From contig OZ037773.1 in assembly GCA_964035545.1 (NCBI GenBank), positions 9,391,751 to 9,455,750 on the forward strand: a stretch of 64,000 nt of DNA. Direction: 5' to 3'. Under the pieces are notes generated by a model. It had not been told where the DNA came from and did not search any database. It saw nothing but the letters and a program-made list of their open reading frames with translations. The stretch comes from Bugula neritina (taxonomy: Eukaryota; Animalia; Bryozoa). Both the position numbers and the translations under genes were made by a program. This document shows, piece by piece, positions 1 through 20,300 of the stretch; the stretch's first letter is position 1, and the number at the start of each line of letters is the position of its first letter.

Positions 1-818
1 AATTTTATACGTACATCAAGTTATCATTCTTATTCTTCCAGCTCAATCTCAACTCACAGTGTTTTATAAGTGTTGAACAATTAAATTGTTCAAACATAAC
101 ATTTATATCATCTTATACTAGCTGTAATATTTAAAGCCTATGTCAACTATATATGGTGGTAAAATTTTGCTGTACCTCTTCTCTTACCTCTTCTTCTTTA
201 GAAAGCACTAGAGCATGTAGCAAGTGGTGCTCCTCAATAGGTTGCAGTCTTTGGTTAGCTCGTACATGCATGTCAACTAGTTGTCAAATGACTAATGTGC
301 ACATCATTACGTATAAATGTACATCACTTTTACCGTATAGAAAGTTTAGATTTAAGTTCTCGTACTGTCTTTGGTAAAAAGCTATTGTTATAATTGTAAC
401 ATAGTCCTATCCTTTAGTGTACAGCAATGTATATCTATAAAACATCATGTTCTATATAGCACAGTCCTATAAATACCTGGTTAATTTAGCTTTGCATACC
501 TATTAACCTCTGGTGTAGCACTTACCCTACTTTTGTTTGTATAAATCGCTGTGACTTATGACGTGTTAACTATGAGCTTAAACATTTTATAAGGATTGAG
601 GCTAGTTTTGTCATATTCCAAAGGTCATTATCACTTTCCTCACCTTGAAGCAATGCTACTAAGATGAATTAGGTAAAGGCAATTGAACTATATCAGCCAA
701 TCACATGCAGTTATTTGTTTACACTATATGTTATATATTATATGCGAGGTACTATACTAGGTCATTTAACAACTATATGCTGAGTATATAACTGTGTCTT
801 ATAACTAATGTAGTGAAT

Positions 819-6255
<5,437 letters not shown>

Positions 6256-8076
6256 TTTTATTTTAATTAGATATAAATTGTCAATAAATATATCATTGCA
6301 TCACTATATACCCACAGCTAGGGTGACAAAGTTCAATTTCTAACAAGTTTTGTTACATCAGTTTATTGAGTATTTTGATGACATATTTAGTTTTAGTTAA
6401 CATTTTTTTGTTAAGTTGATTAGTAGAGTAAATATTGTATCTTCTATAGATTGCTAAACGTGAGGGGCTATGTATTAGAGTTAATTGTCTTCACTTTACC
6501 TTAATCGTGAATTTGCTTCTATAGCATGTTAGCTTTGATCTTATCTTTATTTCTTAATACCAATATTAATTAATGGCTTGCATGCAGTTTCAAATCAATA
6601 GAAATTTGTCATTCCACAACAGTAAACATTTTGCATTCTCACTGCCATTCAAATGTTGATAATAGCATATTCATTGTTCATTACATTAATATTAAAAAGA
6701 AAAGTAATTAATTCAACATAAACTGCAACAAATGCTACTAAAACAACACCAAAGTATGCATGTTTACTGAGCATAGGTTGGCCTTGATAATTTCTCACTA
6801 GAGTGTTAAGAATCTTGGTTAACAATGTTTATATATTTCCTAATTTTTACCACTGAATGAATAACCTTTAAGTAGTATTATTTATCACATCTTGAAATTA
6901 TCCCACCTTGTCAATCTAGTAAGCAAAGTATCTCATTCTATAGATAATCAAGTTAGCAGTTGTCTTACCAACACCATTTTTTTATTTAACATGCTTGAAG
7001 TGCTCAGCAAAAGCACTAACACATTATTTAGTCATGACATGCAACTCTAAATAACTGTTTTTACACCTATTTAATGCAAATCACGAGTTTGATTGAGTAT
7101 TTATGTCAAATTTTTCAACACTATAAGTTTATATTCTTTGTTGACAACTCTGCATGGCAACTCAAACAGAAACTATTGCTTTATGCCCATTTATTTGGTT
7201 ATTACACAGCTGAAAATAGTCTATCGTATACTAGTTTCCTTTCGTTTAATTACTGTTGTACGTTCAACTGATTTCCTATACAAATTTATACCAACTTATT
7301 ATACCAGCTGTATGTAGCATCCTACTTCAAGCTAGCATGTGACTTCTTCAGATACGTTATCATTCTCATCCTCCATCAAACTCCTAATTCATTCTGTTTA
7401 AGAGTTAAATTATCAAACTGTGCAAACATTATGTTCATATTACCTTATATACTAGCTGTATTACCTGAAGCTTAAGTGAAGTATTATAGGCAGTACAATT
7501 TTATTTTAATCATAATAAAGAAACAATTTATTTCCTCTAAAAAGCTTATTTGTAACTGGTTTAGCATTGTGTCTTGCTCTTATTGCCTTGTGTAGTTACT
7601 ATTCTTCCATGCAGGGATGGTATAGGTTTTTATACAGCAGATAACTTGTGCAGGATCAGGTATTTAATAAATTCAAATCAATAATAAAAAATTCAAATAA
7701 ACACATCAGCTTTCTGCAACTTCTTACTCTCTAAATAGTGCTAGATCTGTGTAGTTTACTTACTATGTTCATGCAGTATAATGTTTGAATTGAAGAAGTT
7801 ATAAAAACTTATGAAAGGCAAAGCATGATTGTATGAGTATAGTTTTGACATATCTCAAAATTTAGTCATTTTTGTTTACATTTAAGTATTATTACTGTTG
7901 ATTATATAGATGACAGTTGAGCATGTGGAGATAGACAAACTAACAGCCAATCATGTGCACTTAGCTATTCATATTATATAATGCTGCATATATATTATAT
8001 GCTTGGTGCTACTGGGTCACTAAACAACTGTATGCCGAATATAATATAACTGTGTCTTATAACTAGTGTAGTGAAT
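6256..8076. repeat. Intergenic spacer, near-identical to 15581-17396 (tandem segmental duplication)
   Basis: Long colinear near-identity between the two spacers by eye. Confidence 0.9.
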
Positions 8077-11000
8077 ATGCCAACAAGTAAAAATTTTGAT
8101 AGACTTTTGGAGTTGATGGAGGAAAGAAATGAAGTTGGATTTAAGCAAAAACTAAGATCTCTGAGTCGTTCACAGCAATTAGATGTCCTTAAAGAAGGGA
8201 ATGATCAACAGGTCACTTTACTTGAATGTGCAGCAGGATGGGGTCTTACAGAGATAGTGAATGTTGCCATAGTTTCAGTACCAGCTAGTGAGCTTCATGA
8301 TATTCTAGCTATACAAGACGTTATTGGCTACACGCCACTCCATGCGGCAGCTTACTTTGGCCACACAGTCATAATGCAGCTTATAGCAAGTCTTCTGCTT
8401 ACAGCTGATCTGTATCGTCTCCTGAGAATAAAAAACAAGAATGGGATTACTGCCATACAATGTGGATTAAAGAACGGAAGAACTGAGACCGTGAAATTTC
8501 TTTTAAACTGCCTTTTTCCAGCTGACATGTGTAAAGTGATTTCAATTCCAGACAATAAAGGAAACACTGTCTTGTCTTGGGCTGCACAGTATGGACTTAT
8601 GGATGTGTTAAGACTGCTCATAGATATTATACCACCAGTAGAGCTGTATTCACATGTTCTGGTAACAGATAATGATGGTGACACAGTCATACATTGTGCT
8701 GCTTACGGGAACCAATCAGAAGCTGCTGTATACCTGCTTGACAAGTTGAAAAAAAGCCAGGTTGAAGAAATTTTAGAAATACAAAACAAAGAAAGTCACA
8801 CTTTGATTAAATATGCGAAGAGTAGAGGTTACCACGAGTTTGTGACTGTCGTTGGAGCCTATTTGAGAGATAGAAAAATCCTTCTAACTGGTAAAATTAA
8901 GCATGTTGTTGTAAGGTTTGATCACAAGTAATATTCAAATAATTAAATCTTTTTGTATATAGCATAATGATTTTTATGCACACAAACCATGCAACCATCA
9001 TCCATGCCTAATATTTGTTTACAGTGCTTTCAGTCGACTGCTTTTTTTAATAACATAATTTGATTGATGTTTTGTAAAAAAGTAAAAACATCAAGATTTG
9101 CTTTCTTTAACACGGCAATAAAAAAAGTTTTAGATTTTGGCAAATTTAAAAAGCCTATAGATGCACTTCACACTACTGCAATTTTGTGCTGTATTACTAT
9201 TTTATAGTTATATGTATTATTTCATCACATATAATTTTTATATTATACAATTACTACCATAAAACATTTTAAAGTATTTTTCTTCCAAACTGCTAAGAAA
9301 TTTTCAAACAAGTTCTATATTTATGTGTAAATAAGTTACTAATAGTTTATTAACCTTCACACAGTAATTTGAATAGTTATTTATTATTTTCAAATGTTTT
9401 TGTTGTTGAATAATTTTGCAGCAACTAAATCAGTTTATGCAAACTCTAATATACAAATAAACTTGTTTGCAATAATTTCAATCAACTAGTAAAAAGGGGT
9501 ATACTTGCCAATATTATCATTATTATCAAAATTTCGAAATTATTCTAAGTGCAATATATAGGGTTTATATATAATAATTATAAAATACTTTACTTGAAGC
9601 TACATACAATGCTACATTCCTTCTAAACATTAACTGGATTATTATAGTAACCCAAAGTAATCATTATATCTGCATAACAGATAAATCTAATTCTATTGTA
9701 GATAGAAAAGTGGATGCTGACTCACACCAAAACACAAGCTCTGCTGACAGTGGAGTATCACGTGATGTTGAGACCACTGTAGTAGACAGTGAGTGTATAA
9801 TTACTTCTTTAATACTGCAGGTACTAGATAATATATATAACTGGTGGTGGTCTATATAGTGAACAGATTACAAGCTATTATTAATTAGACAATGTGCCAA
9901 GCCAGTGTTTGATATTGTTGAGCTATAGTATCAGAGCAAGCTAGCTTTCTTTCCTACATGACATATTATATATCTAATGGAAATGATAAAAAGTTATAAA
10001 ATACATTTGTAACGTTTAATTATAGGCATGTTTCACACATGCATATCACTTTTTATATAATTAGTCAATTTGTATGACTATAGCATCAAGTTTAGAATTT
10101 GACGTTCGCCTAGTTTGCAAAACTTAGGTTTGGGGTTGCATTATTTTGTTCAAATTGTTTCTGGACAGAGAGGATTTTTGTTTTTTATTACATAAACCAA
10201 CAGTAAACATGTTGTTCAACATGTGTACCAAGTGCTAATTGCTAAATTTGACCCAGCAGCAATATTCAGGCTTTCAAAAAGTCATGTAGCGCCGGTGCTA
10301 CACTGGGCTTTAGAGGCAACAATTCTTCCAATTTTCAGATCAATATTGCATTGATTGAAATTGCTATTTCAATCAATTTTGCAATCTATTTTTATTCAGT
10401 CACATTCAATCTAATTCACACATGTTACCCAGATAGTGAAACTAAATATTTTGAAGGTAGCCCTTGTACTAGCAAGATAAAAAACAGCAGAGCTCAAAAA
10501 TTCCACAACTTCATTGTTTAGTACTTTTGACGGATTATATCAAACCAAATAAATAATTTAAATTGGCTTTGCCATTTTTTTTAAATTTTAGACTGCCTTT
10601 TAATCAGTATTCAATATACTTTTTACCAGTTTTTGAGTGTAAAAAACCTAAACATAGATCTATGAAAATCTGAAGACGGCTGCATTCATTTTGTAAGAGC
10701 TTTTTGCCATCTATGCCAAAGGGACCGTCTCGCATTGCAAAACTGTTATCAAAAAAGCAAAAATATACCTGAACTTTATTGCCTAAATTAAATGAAGTTC
10801 CAATTTTGGAGCTGGAACATTAGTGTATATTCTCACTTTCATAAATATTATATAAAACTATTTGGGGCAACATTCGAAAACCATGAGTCATGTTTTATAG
10901 TATTGCGAAAACTCTTCAAACAATAGCTTTGGTAACAACACTTTACTTGCATAAAATCATAAGCAGCTAAAAAAAACAAAATATGTTTTAGGCAGACTGA

Positions 11001-13504
11001 GTTATAATAAACATCATGCTGCAGGCTACAAATCTACTAGATAGAAACAGCTGAATGATCTAGAATGTGAATTATTCAAACTGAAAGAGGAGAAACAAAA
11101 TTTTTTTGTTAGTGTGAATGCTAAACTGTGAGTTTGCTTCATTTTTAGTAAATCACAGCTAACATAAGAATATAGATTATAAAAAAACTAACAAAGATAA
11201 AGGCAGCATTATACATGTATTCAATATTCCAGAAACTGTGAGACACCATAAAACAATATCTGACATTGCTTTGCTTGATTTGTTAAACTTTGTTGATATT
11301 ACGAAAATTTCACAAGATAAGTTTGTTTGGGATAAGCTAATGTTAGCAACAGTGAGTGCATGTAGTATTGATGAACTAGCTCACAGTAATGGTATAAGGA
11401 TACAGCAAATATCAAATGTTAGATAAGCAAAGATCGAATTTTAAAGGGGGGGAGAGGGCTGGGTAAGCCTCATTAATGTATAATATATATTAGTTGTTTC
11501 TGGTATCTTATTTTACTCAGGGCACAATGTGACATCATTAATCATGGTAAATTTAAATCAGAATAATATCAATTACTTTTACACAACGAGCAAAAAATAT
11601 AATCAAAAGTTGAAATTGTGGCCTATATAAGATGCGAAACATGTGTGAATTGGTCATTTATAGTAGGTGTGACGGCGGATAATTGTTGCTGCATCAGCAC
11701 GGATGCTGTTTGGCACGGATGCCTATGTATTGTGATTCACTTAATGAAAGGTGAATGGATGGAGGACACGATGCAGGCCACAACTCTATTTTTTGTCTAT
11801 CACCAACAGTATATTTTCTAAGTTAGACTTAGACTTGAGCTCACATTCAGACTTAGACTCATATTCATACTCAAGCTTGAACTTGAACTCATACTCATAC
11901 TGTAACCTATAACCATGAAAATTACAAAAATATTGTTAACTTAACATTAATTACATAGCTGATAAAATATTTAGTTAATAAAGTTCAAAACAAAAGATAA
12001 TATAATACTTGATACTTACAATTATTTTGACAATAAAGTATAAGCTGCCTACATCTTTAGCAGGAGGAAAATTGAGCTACACTGACTCATTGAATAAAAA
12101 TAGCTAGCAAATAGCTATCGCAAAAGCTTTCACAAATAGCTTTCGCTATAACATTGGTTTTTGGAAAGCTGCCAAAAAACTCCTGCAACAGTAGGTCAAG
12201 GTCAAATAGTGGGGCCACTGAAAATGTCTTTTCCTAGTCTAGATTTGAAAAAATACCTTGGTGCAATTCTACATGAAACTCAAGTGTTTGTTTATAGCTA
12301 ACAAAACTATCCTTATCTAAGTGGCATTTCAAGCTGTTTAAGGTGACTACCCTGACAGCCAAAAAAGTCAAGTGATGTGCTTGTTTAAGGCTTGTGTGGT
12401 TTAGCTGCTTTATTTTAACAGTGATAATGTAAACACAGTTAAATATAGACTTACCACTTACCACCATTTAATTGAAAGTTTGTCACTCTGCAAATATATT
12501 TTCATTAGTATTAATTAATAAAATTCAATTTAATATACCCAGATTAACTATAATAGGATTCGTCACTAAATTTTCACTCTTTTAAAAATAAAACACCAAA
12601 TTGTCAAAATTGAATCTCTGTTGACAAAAACAGTCTTCAGAATGTCTATAAACTTTGCATTTATTTCTTATTTTAGTGCTGCACAGTTTAGAGGTTGGAG
12701 AAAAGCTAGGCGGTGGTGGACAAGCGACAGTGTATAGGGGGACTTGGTTGAGTACCCTAGTGGCTATCAAGATTCTACCAAACTCCATGGGTATAGACTT
12801 GTCCAAGACATCATTACAGGAACTAGAGGAGTACAATGCTATCAAGTAAGAGGAAAAATACAGCTTGTTAAATTCTTTTCGAATTTGGGTAAAAACTATT
12901 GAAGACCCATTATAAATAAAATAAGGTGAAGTATTCTATGTTTAAGATGCTCATGTCTTTTGCTACAGAAACCTTCGACATCCAAACATTATCCAGTTCT
13001 TTGGAGTTGGACAGCTGAAAACAGATATAGGTCTGGTGATGGAACTCTGTGACACTGATTTAAAGATAATGTCTCAACAAATTGGACAGAGTGGAGATGC
13101 ATTGGTAAGGGTTGTTTAAAAGCTCACTTATATTTGTATATTTCAGCATTTGCTGTGCAAAGAATGTTGCTGGTTTTGTACTAAAACAAAGTTTATTGTT
13201 TTGCTAACCAACAAAGCATAAAAACTTAGTTTGAGTTGTGTTGCATTGTACTTTTTTATGTTTTGCATGTTTAAATGAGTGCATTGGTAAGGATTGTCTA
13301 AAAGCTTAATTACCTTTGTAAGTTTAAGACCTTTCTGTAGAAAATATTGTTGGTTTTACACTAAAGCAAATTTGTTGTTTCGCCAACCAACAAAGCATAA
13401 AAACTTAGTTTGAGTTGCGTCGAGTTACGTTGCGATTTTTTTATGTTTTGTGCAATATGATTGCTCGTATTTTGTGTTTTGTGATTTTTGCTTTGTGCCT
13501 TGTG

Positions 13505-13870
13505 TCTTGTGCCCTGTGCCCTGTGCCCTGTGCCCTGTGCCCTGTGCCCTGTGCCCTGTGCCCTGTGCCCTGTGCCCTGTGCCCTGTGCCCTGTGCCCTG
13601 TGCCCTGTGCCCTGTGCCCTGTGCCCTGTGCCCTGTGCCCTGTGCCCTGTGCCCTGTGCCCTGTGCCCTGTGCCCTGTGCCCTGTGCCCTGTGCCCTGTG
13701 CCCTGTGCCCTGTGCCCTGTGCCCTGTGCCCTGTGCCCTGTGCCCTGTGCCCTGTGCCCTGTGCCCTGTGCCCTGTGCCCTGTGCCCTGTGCCCTGTGCC
13801 CTGTGCCCTGTGCCCTGTGCCCTGTGCCCTGTGCCCTGTGCCCTGTGCCCTGTGCCCTGTGCCCTGTGCC
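13505..13870. repeat. (TGTGCCC)n heptamer array, ~50 copies
   Basis: Homogeneous tandem array in intron 4 of copy 2. Confidence 0.95.
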
Positions 13871-14717
13871 TTGTGCTTTGTATAAGTGTGTGTGTGTGTG
13901 TTTCATAGTAGTCCCCAAAACAGAAGCAGCTCTAACAACCTGCCTATATTAGCTGAAAAAACATACTCAACAAACAATCTGCAAAGATAAATCACTAATT
14001 TTAAATAAAACTTCACAGCAAATTTGAAAAAGCTCATAATAACTGTCATGCATAAGATTGTTCATTGTGACTTGGCAAGATGCCATGGCATTAATATTCC
14101 ATGAGTACACAACTCCTACTATATTTTCTTGTAGAATCAACTACTGAGGATTATTAAAGATTCTCTGTGTTTATCTTCATGATAAGAACATGATTCACCT
14201 GGATATTAAACCACATAACATACTGGTAGGACAAATTCCAAATTAAATAAAAAAAATGAAAATAATGCATGTTATATGTAGAATACTAGATTGATATTTC
14301 ATCTAATAATATAACGATTTGAACGTTCATTGTTTTCATGTTGACACTATATTATATACTACTGTGTTGATTGTAGGTTCAATCTGGAAGAGGCAAGCTG
14401 GCAGACTTTGGTTTATCTGACTTAGTAGAAAACTTTCAGGACATGTCTATTACGTATTCTCCATGGCAAGGTGTGTTTTGCATATATGTTTTGTTTTTCA
14501 GTCAAATTAACTTCCCTTTAAAACTTGCTATATTACAAACCTTTTAAAGCTACATATATTTAGCATCTCACATACTTCAATCTGCTCAAATTATGTACAT
14601 CACAATTCAAAGTTTTAAATATAGGAGTATTATTAGTTTTCCTGTACCAAATATAATTACTTTAAAGTTTTGTTTATCCTTCATTGCAAAACTAATTAAT
14701 ACTTAAAAATGTTTAAT

Positions 14718-14773
14718 AACACACACACACCCACACACCCACACACCCACACACCCACACACACACACACACA

Positions 14774-14864
<91 letters not shown>
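14718..14864. repeat. Compound (CA)/(CACG)/(CACC) microsatellite
   Basis: Same intron position as 5376-5530. Confidence 0.9.
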
Positions 14865-17396
14865 GGATTTTCTGAAGTCTGTTTTCCATAGAAATAATGT
14901 CTGAATTTTTTGCCTGAAAAAGCTTTTTAAACAGCAAATTAGCATTTTTTAGCTATTTTGAAAAAATGGTCATTTATAAATGGTTTTCTATAGCAGTAAT
15001 GAAACTATTTGGAATAATGTGAAAACTTTTATTGTTTCTGGTATGGTAAAATATCATTATACCATAATATTAAATAAAATTTGGCCATGTCTTTTGTCAT
15101 GGAATGAGCACAGTTGATTTATGCTTCAATTTCTTTGTTTTAGGAACTTCAATGTACAGAGCTCCAGAGCTGCTACACAGATATGCTCCAACCAAGGCAG
15201 CTGACATGTGGTCTATGGGTGTGACAGCACTCGAAGTTTTCACAGGTGAGTAAACCAAAGCAACTGATAATTACACATTTACAGCATTCTGTCATCTTGG
15301 CATGTGTGAAATATAGTTATTCTGCAGCTTCTGCACATTCATATAATTTGTATCTATAATATTTTATTCAACAGGAGAACTTCCTTATCCTTTTGAAAAC
15401 TTTGTCCGACATAAAAGAGCGAGGGTACCTAAAGATCTTCTTGACAAAAAACTTCCTCAGTCCCTCCAAATGTTGTCAAATAGAAATCAGAGAATTATGC
15501 AGCTGGTATTGACCTTTGAACCTGACCAGAGATTGCCTGCAGCTGATTGGCTTGAAAGACTGGAAAACTATCAAATTTAATTTTATTTTAATTAGATTTA
15601 AATTGTCAATAAATATATCATTGCATCATTATATACCCACAACTGGGGTGACAAAGTTCAATTTCTAACAAGTTTTGTTACATCAGTTTATTGAGTATTT
15701 TGATGAGATATCTAGTTTTAGTTAACATTTTTTTGTTAAGTTGATTAGTAGAGTAAATATTGTATCTTCTATAAATTGCTAAACGTGAGGGGCTAGGTAT
15801 TAGAGTTAATTGTCTTCACTTTACCTTAATCGTGAATTTGCTTCTATAGCATGTTAGCTTTGATCTTATCTTTATTTCTTAATATCAATATTAATTAATG
15901 CTGGCTTGCATGCAGTTTCAAATCAATAGAAATTTGTCATTCCACAACAGTAAACATTTTGCATTCTCACTGCCATTCAAATGTTGATAATAGCATATTC
16001 ATTGTTCATTACATTAATATTAAAAAGAAAAGTAATTAATTCAACATAAACTGCAACAAATGCTACTAAAACAACACCAAAGTATGTATGTTTACTGAGC
16101 ATAGGTTGGCCTTGATAATTTCTCACTAGAGTGTTAAGAATCTTGGTTAACAATGTTTATATATTTCCTAATTTTTACAACTGAATGAATAACCTTTAAG
16201 TAGTATTATTTATCACATCTTGAAATTATCCCACCTTGTCAATCTATAGTAAGCAAAGTATCTCATTCTATAGATAATCAAGTTGGTAGTTGTCTTACCA
16301 ACACCATTTTTTCATTTAACATGCTTGAAGTGCTCAGCAAAAGCACTAACACATTATTTAGTCATGACATGCAACTCTAAATAACTGTTTTTACACCTAC
16401 TTAATGCAAATCACGAGTTTGATTGAGTATTTATGTCAAATTTTTCAACACTAGTTTATATTCTTTGTTGACAACTCTGCATGGCAACTCAAACAGAAAC
16501 TATTGCTTTATATCCCTTTATTTGGGTATTACACAGCTTAAAATAGTCTAACATATACTTGTTTCTTTTTGTTTAATTACTGTTGTACGTTCAACTGATT
16601 TCCTACAAAGTTATACCAACTTATTATACCAGCTGTATGTAGCATCCCCCTTCAAGCTAGCATGTGACTTTTTCAGATACGTTATCATTCTCATCCTCCC
16701 ATCAAACTCCTAACTCATTCTGTTTAAGAGTTAAATTATCAAACTGTGCAAACATTATGTTCATATTACCTTATACTAGCTGTATTATCTGAAGCTTAAG
16801 TGAAGTATTATAGGCAGTACAGTTTTATTTTAATTATAATAAAGAAACAACCTATTCCCTCTAAAAAGCTTATATGTAACTGGTTTAGCATTGTGTCTCA
16901 CTCTTATTGTCTTGTGTAGTTACTATTCTTCTGTGCAGGGATGATATAGGTTTTTATACAGCAGATAACTTGTGCAGGATCAGGTATTTGATAAATTCAA
17001 ATAAATAATAAAAAATTCAAATAAACACATCAGCTTTCTGCAACTTCTTACTCTCTAAATAGTGCCAGATCTGTGTAGTTTACTTACTATGTTCATGCAG
17101 TATAATGTTTGAATTGAAGAAGTTATAAAAACTTATGAAAGGCAAAGCATGATTGTATGAGTATAGTTTTGACATACCTCAAAATTTAGTCATTTTTGTT
17201 TACATTTAAGTTTTATTACTGTTGATTAGATGACAGTTGAGCATGTGGAGATAGGCAAACTAACAGCCAATCATGTGCACTTAGCTATTCATATTATATA
17301 ATGCTGCATATATATTATATGCTTGGTACTCCTGGGTCATTCAACAACTGTATGCCGAGTATAATATAACTGTGTCTTATAACTAGCGTAGTGAAT

Positions 17397-20300
17397 ATGC
17401 CAACAAGTAAGAATTTTGATATACTTTTGAAGTTGATGATGAAGAAAAGTGAAGATGGATTCAAGCAAACGCTAAGTTCTCTGACTGTTTCACAACGACT
17501 AGATGTTTTTAAAGAACAGAGCAATCAACAGGTCACGTTACTTGAATGTGCAGCAGGATTGGGTCTTACAGAGATAATGAATGTTGTCTTAGTTTCAGTA
17601 CCAGCTAGTGAGCTTCATGACATTTTAGCTATACAAGACATCAATGGTCATACACCTTTTCACCAGGCAGCTTACTGTGGGCACACGGACATAGTGAAGC
17701 TTGTAAAAAATTCTATGCTTACAGCTGATCGTTATCGTCTGTTGAAGATACAAGATAAGCATGGAAATACTCCATTAGCATGTGGATTCATGAAAAAGAA
17801 AACTTCGACCGTGAAATTTATTTTAAACTGTCTTCCTGCAGCTGACATGAGTAAAGTGATTTCAATTCCAAACAACCATGGAACCACAGTGTTATCTAGG
17901 GTTGCACAGTATGGACTTATGGATCTGCTAAAACTGCTTGTAGATATTATTCCACCAGAAGAGCTGTATTCACAAGTTCTGGTAGCAGATAATGATGGTG
18001 ACACAGTCATACATTGTGCTGCTTACGGGAACCAACCAGAAGCTGCTGTATACTTGCTTGACAGGTTGACAGAGAACCAAATTGGGGAAATATTTGAAAT
18101 ACAAAACGAAAAAGGTCACACTCTAATTGAATATGCAAAAAGTAAAGCTAACCATGAGTTTGTGACTGCTGTTGAAGATTACCTAAAAAGGAGAAGAATT
18201 TTCCTAAAAGGTGAAGATAAACAACTTTTGTAAGCTAGAACTCACGCAATAACCAACTGTTTAAATAATTATGATTATGTATCTATAATATTTATGCTGA
18301 AAATGTACATCAATCTTGTTGAATATGTTATAAGGAATATTTACTTCAAGGAAATTATAGTCCTATAACACCCTGTATTTTAGACAAGAATATTCTGAGA
18401 GCAAAATAGTTTCTAATAATTGTAAACTATTTAATGTGTAGCCTATTCACCTACTCATTTCTGTCTTTGGCCATTCCTTAATATAGTAACCCAAAGTTAT
18501 AATAGTAATATATGCATAAAGGATAAATTCATTTCTATTGTATAGATGAAACAGTGCAAGCTGATTCTTACAAGAACACAAGCTCTGCCGACAGTGGAAT
18601 ATCACGTGATGTTGAAACCAGTTTGGTACACAGTAAGTGCACATATAAGAATAATTTCTTTATTGTACATGGTATTACATAAGACAAAACATGGGTGGTC
18701 TAGTAAATATTAAGACGCTTGCAGTAATCAAACTGCACTGTGTCAAAAAATGATCAAGTTTGTCGCTGGCATATGTTATTCACACTTGCCTGGTTTGCTT
18801 AGAATATAATTATATTATTTAATTTGGTTTCAGGGGAAAACTACATCTGTCAACCAAAAACTATGTTTTAAAAACTTGGAAATTCAAAGTATATAAAAAT
18901 TATCAATGTTGTATGTTTTTAGTTGACAGTTTGCAGTGCCTTAGTTGTAATAAATAAGTTGGAAAGACTGGTCTTCAAAAATAACCTTATCTGCAGACCA
19001 ATTTACTATTACATAAAATTCATGCAAGTTTATAGTCACTACATCGCTGAGAGAATCCACGAATTAAAGAGCTTAATTTTAAAGAGAAATTATGACTGCA
19101 TGCATGGATACTTTTTCTACCATCACCGATAGCTTTTGCTGGACCAATGACTTTTTGTTTACTAAGCTAACGCTACATAACCCTTAGACCACAGCTGCAC
19201 CCATCTTTTCGACACACACGTCCCTGTAAAAATCTCTACAACAAAGCCCACTTTTGAAATATAGTTTTAAGCCAAGCTGACTTAGAGTTTTATAAGCCTA
19301 TTTAGTAATAGAGCTTATAGCTTCCAGGTAACTAATTGCAGGTAGTTAATATACTTGAATAAATAGATGCCAATCTGACTATTTGTGTTTAAACTTATAG
19401 TATCAAAATACTAAAATTGAAAATAAGTTTTTTACTATGATTTCTTAATATTATGCAAACTCTTAATAAGCTATAAACTCTGCAACACTGAATAACTTTT
19501 TGTCATTTTCATCATAACTGCAGTACAGTAGATAAAAAATGTTCAGTTTGCTTTATTTTTCTAGTTTTTAAGTTTACAGTCAAATATGAGAAGTCTATAA
19601 CTATAACCAACTGTATACTACTTGGTTCTCCGTATATATACATTAAACTTTCAATTAATGTATTATATTACGATTGTAGAGAATTTTCTTTAACTGTAGA
19701 AGTAAATATAAAATATATGTACCCAGCACGTACTAAATTTTCCAGGATTTGCAGCTACTCTAGAAGCTAGTTCTACAGACAAACCTAATTGGCCAATCAC
19801 AGATGAGGCCATAGTTGAGAAATACCTGAATGAGTCAAATGTAGAGGCAGACATGATCAACCTACCTCTAAGACCATCTACTCAACTAAACACAGAAGAG
19901 GTTTACATATATTAACTAGCAACAAATTTTATTGACAGATGAATAATTTCTTCAAATTTTCTTTCAACATCAGTCTTATAATTTTACTAATCAATTTATT
20001 TTCTGGCAGTGCTATAATTAAAATTAGTCACATGAACAGCTAATGCAGTTTTATATAGTATAATTTTAAACCAAACATCAGACTGCTTGAACTACAAAAG
20101 AGCTGGGAATAATTGTTAATGAGCACCAATTTGACAGATTATATAGCTCTAATCTGTGTTTAAGGATACAGCTTTTGTTACAATAAACTAACTGATGAAT
20201 TTACAATCATCGATTTTAGAAATATTATCAGATGACATCTCCCACCAGAGGAAGGTGTCTTATCATCAACAATAGAGACTTTGAAGCTGCCTCTACACCA

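Larger units (their letters stand above)
8077..15580 (+). pseudogene. Ankyrin-kinase copy 2; kinase frameshifted (truncated product or pseudogene)
   Basis: Exons 8077-8890, 9702-9788, 12677-12845, 12969-13104, 14135-14225, 14377-14470, 15144-15245, 15375-15580. Exon 5 is 91 nt versus 99 nt in copy 1 (GGATTAGT missing after 14170), giving TGA at 14180-14182 before the catalytic loop. Confidence 0.8.

Noticed and set aside
13361-13952. Long ORFs with CALCPVP / GHRAQGT repeats
   Set aside because: Translations of an intronic heptamer microsatellite.
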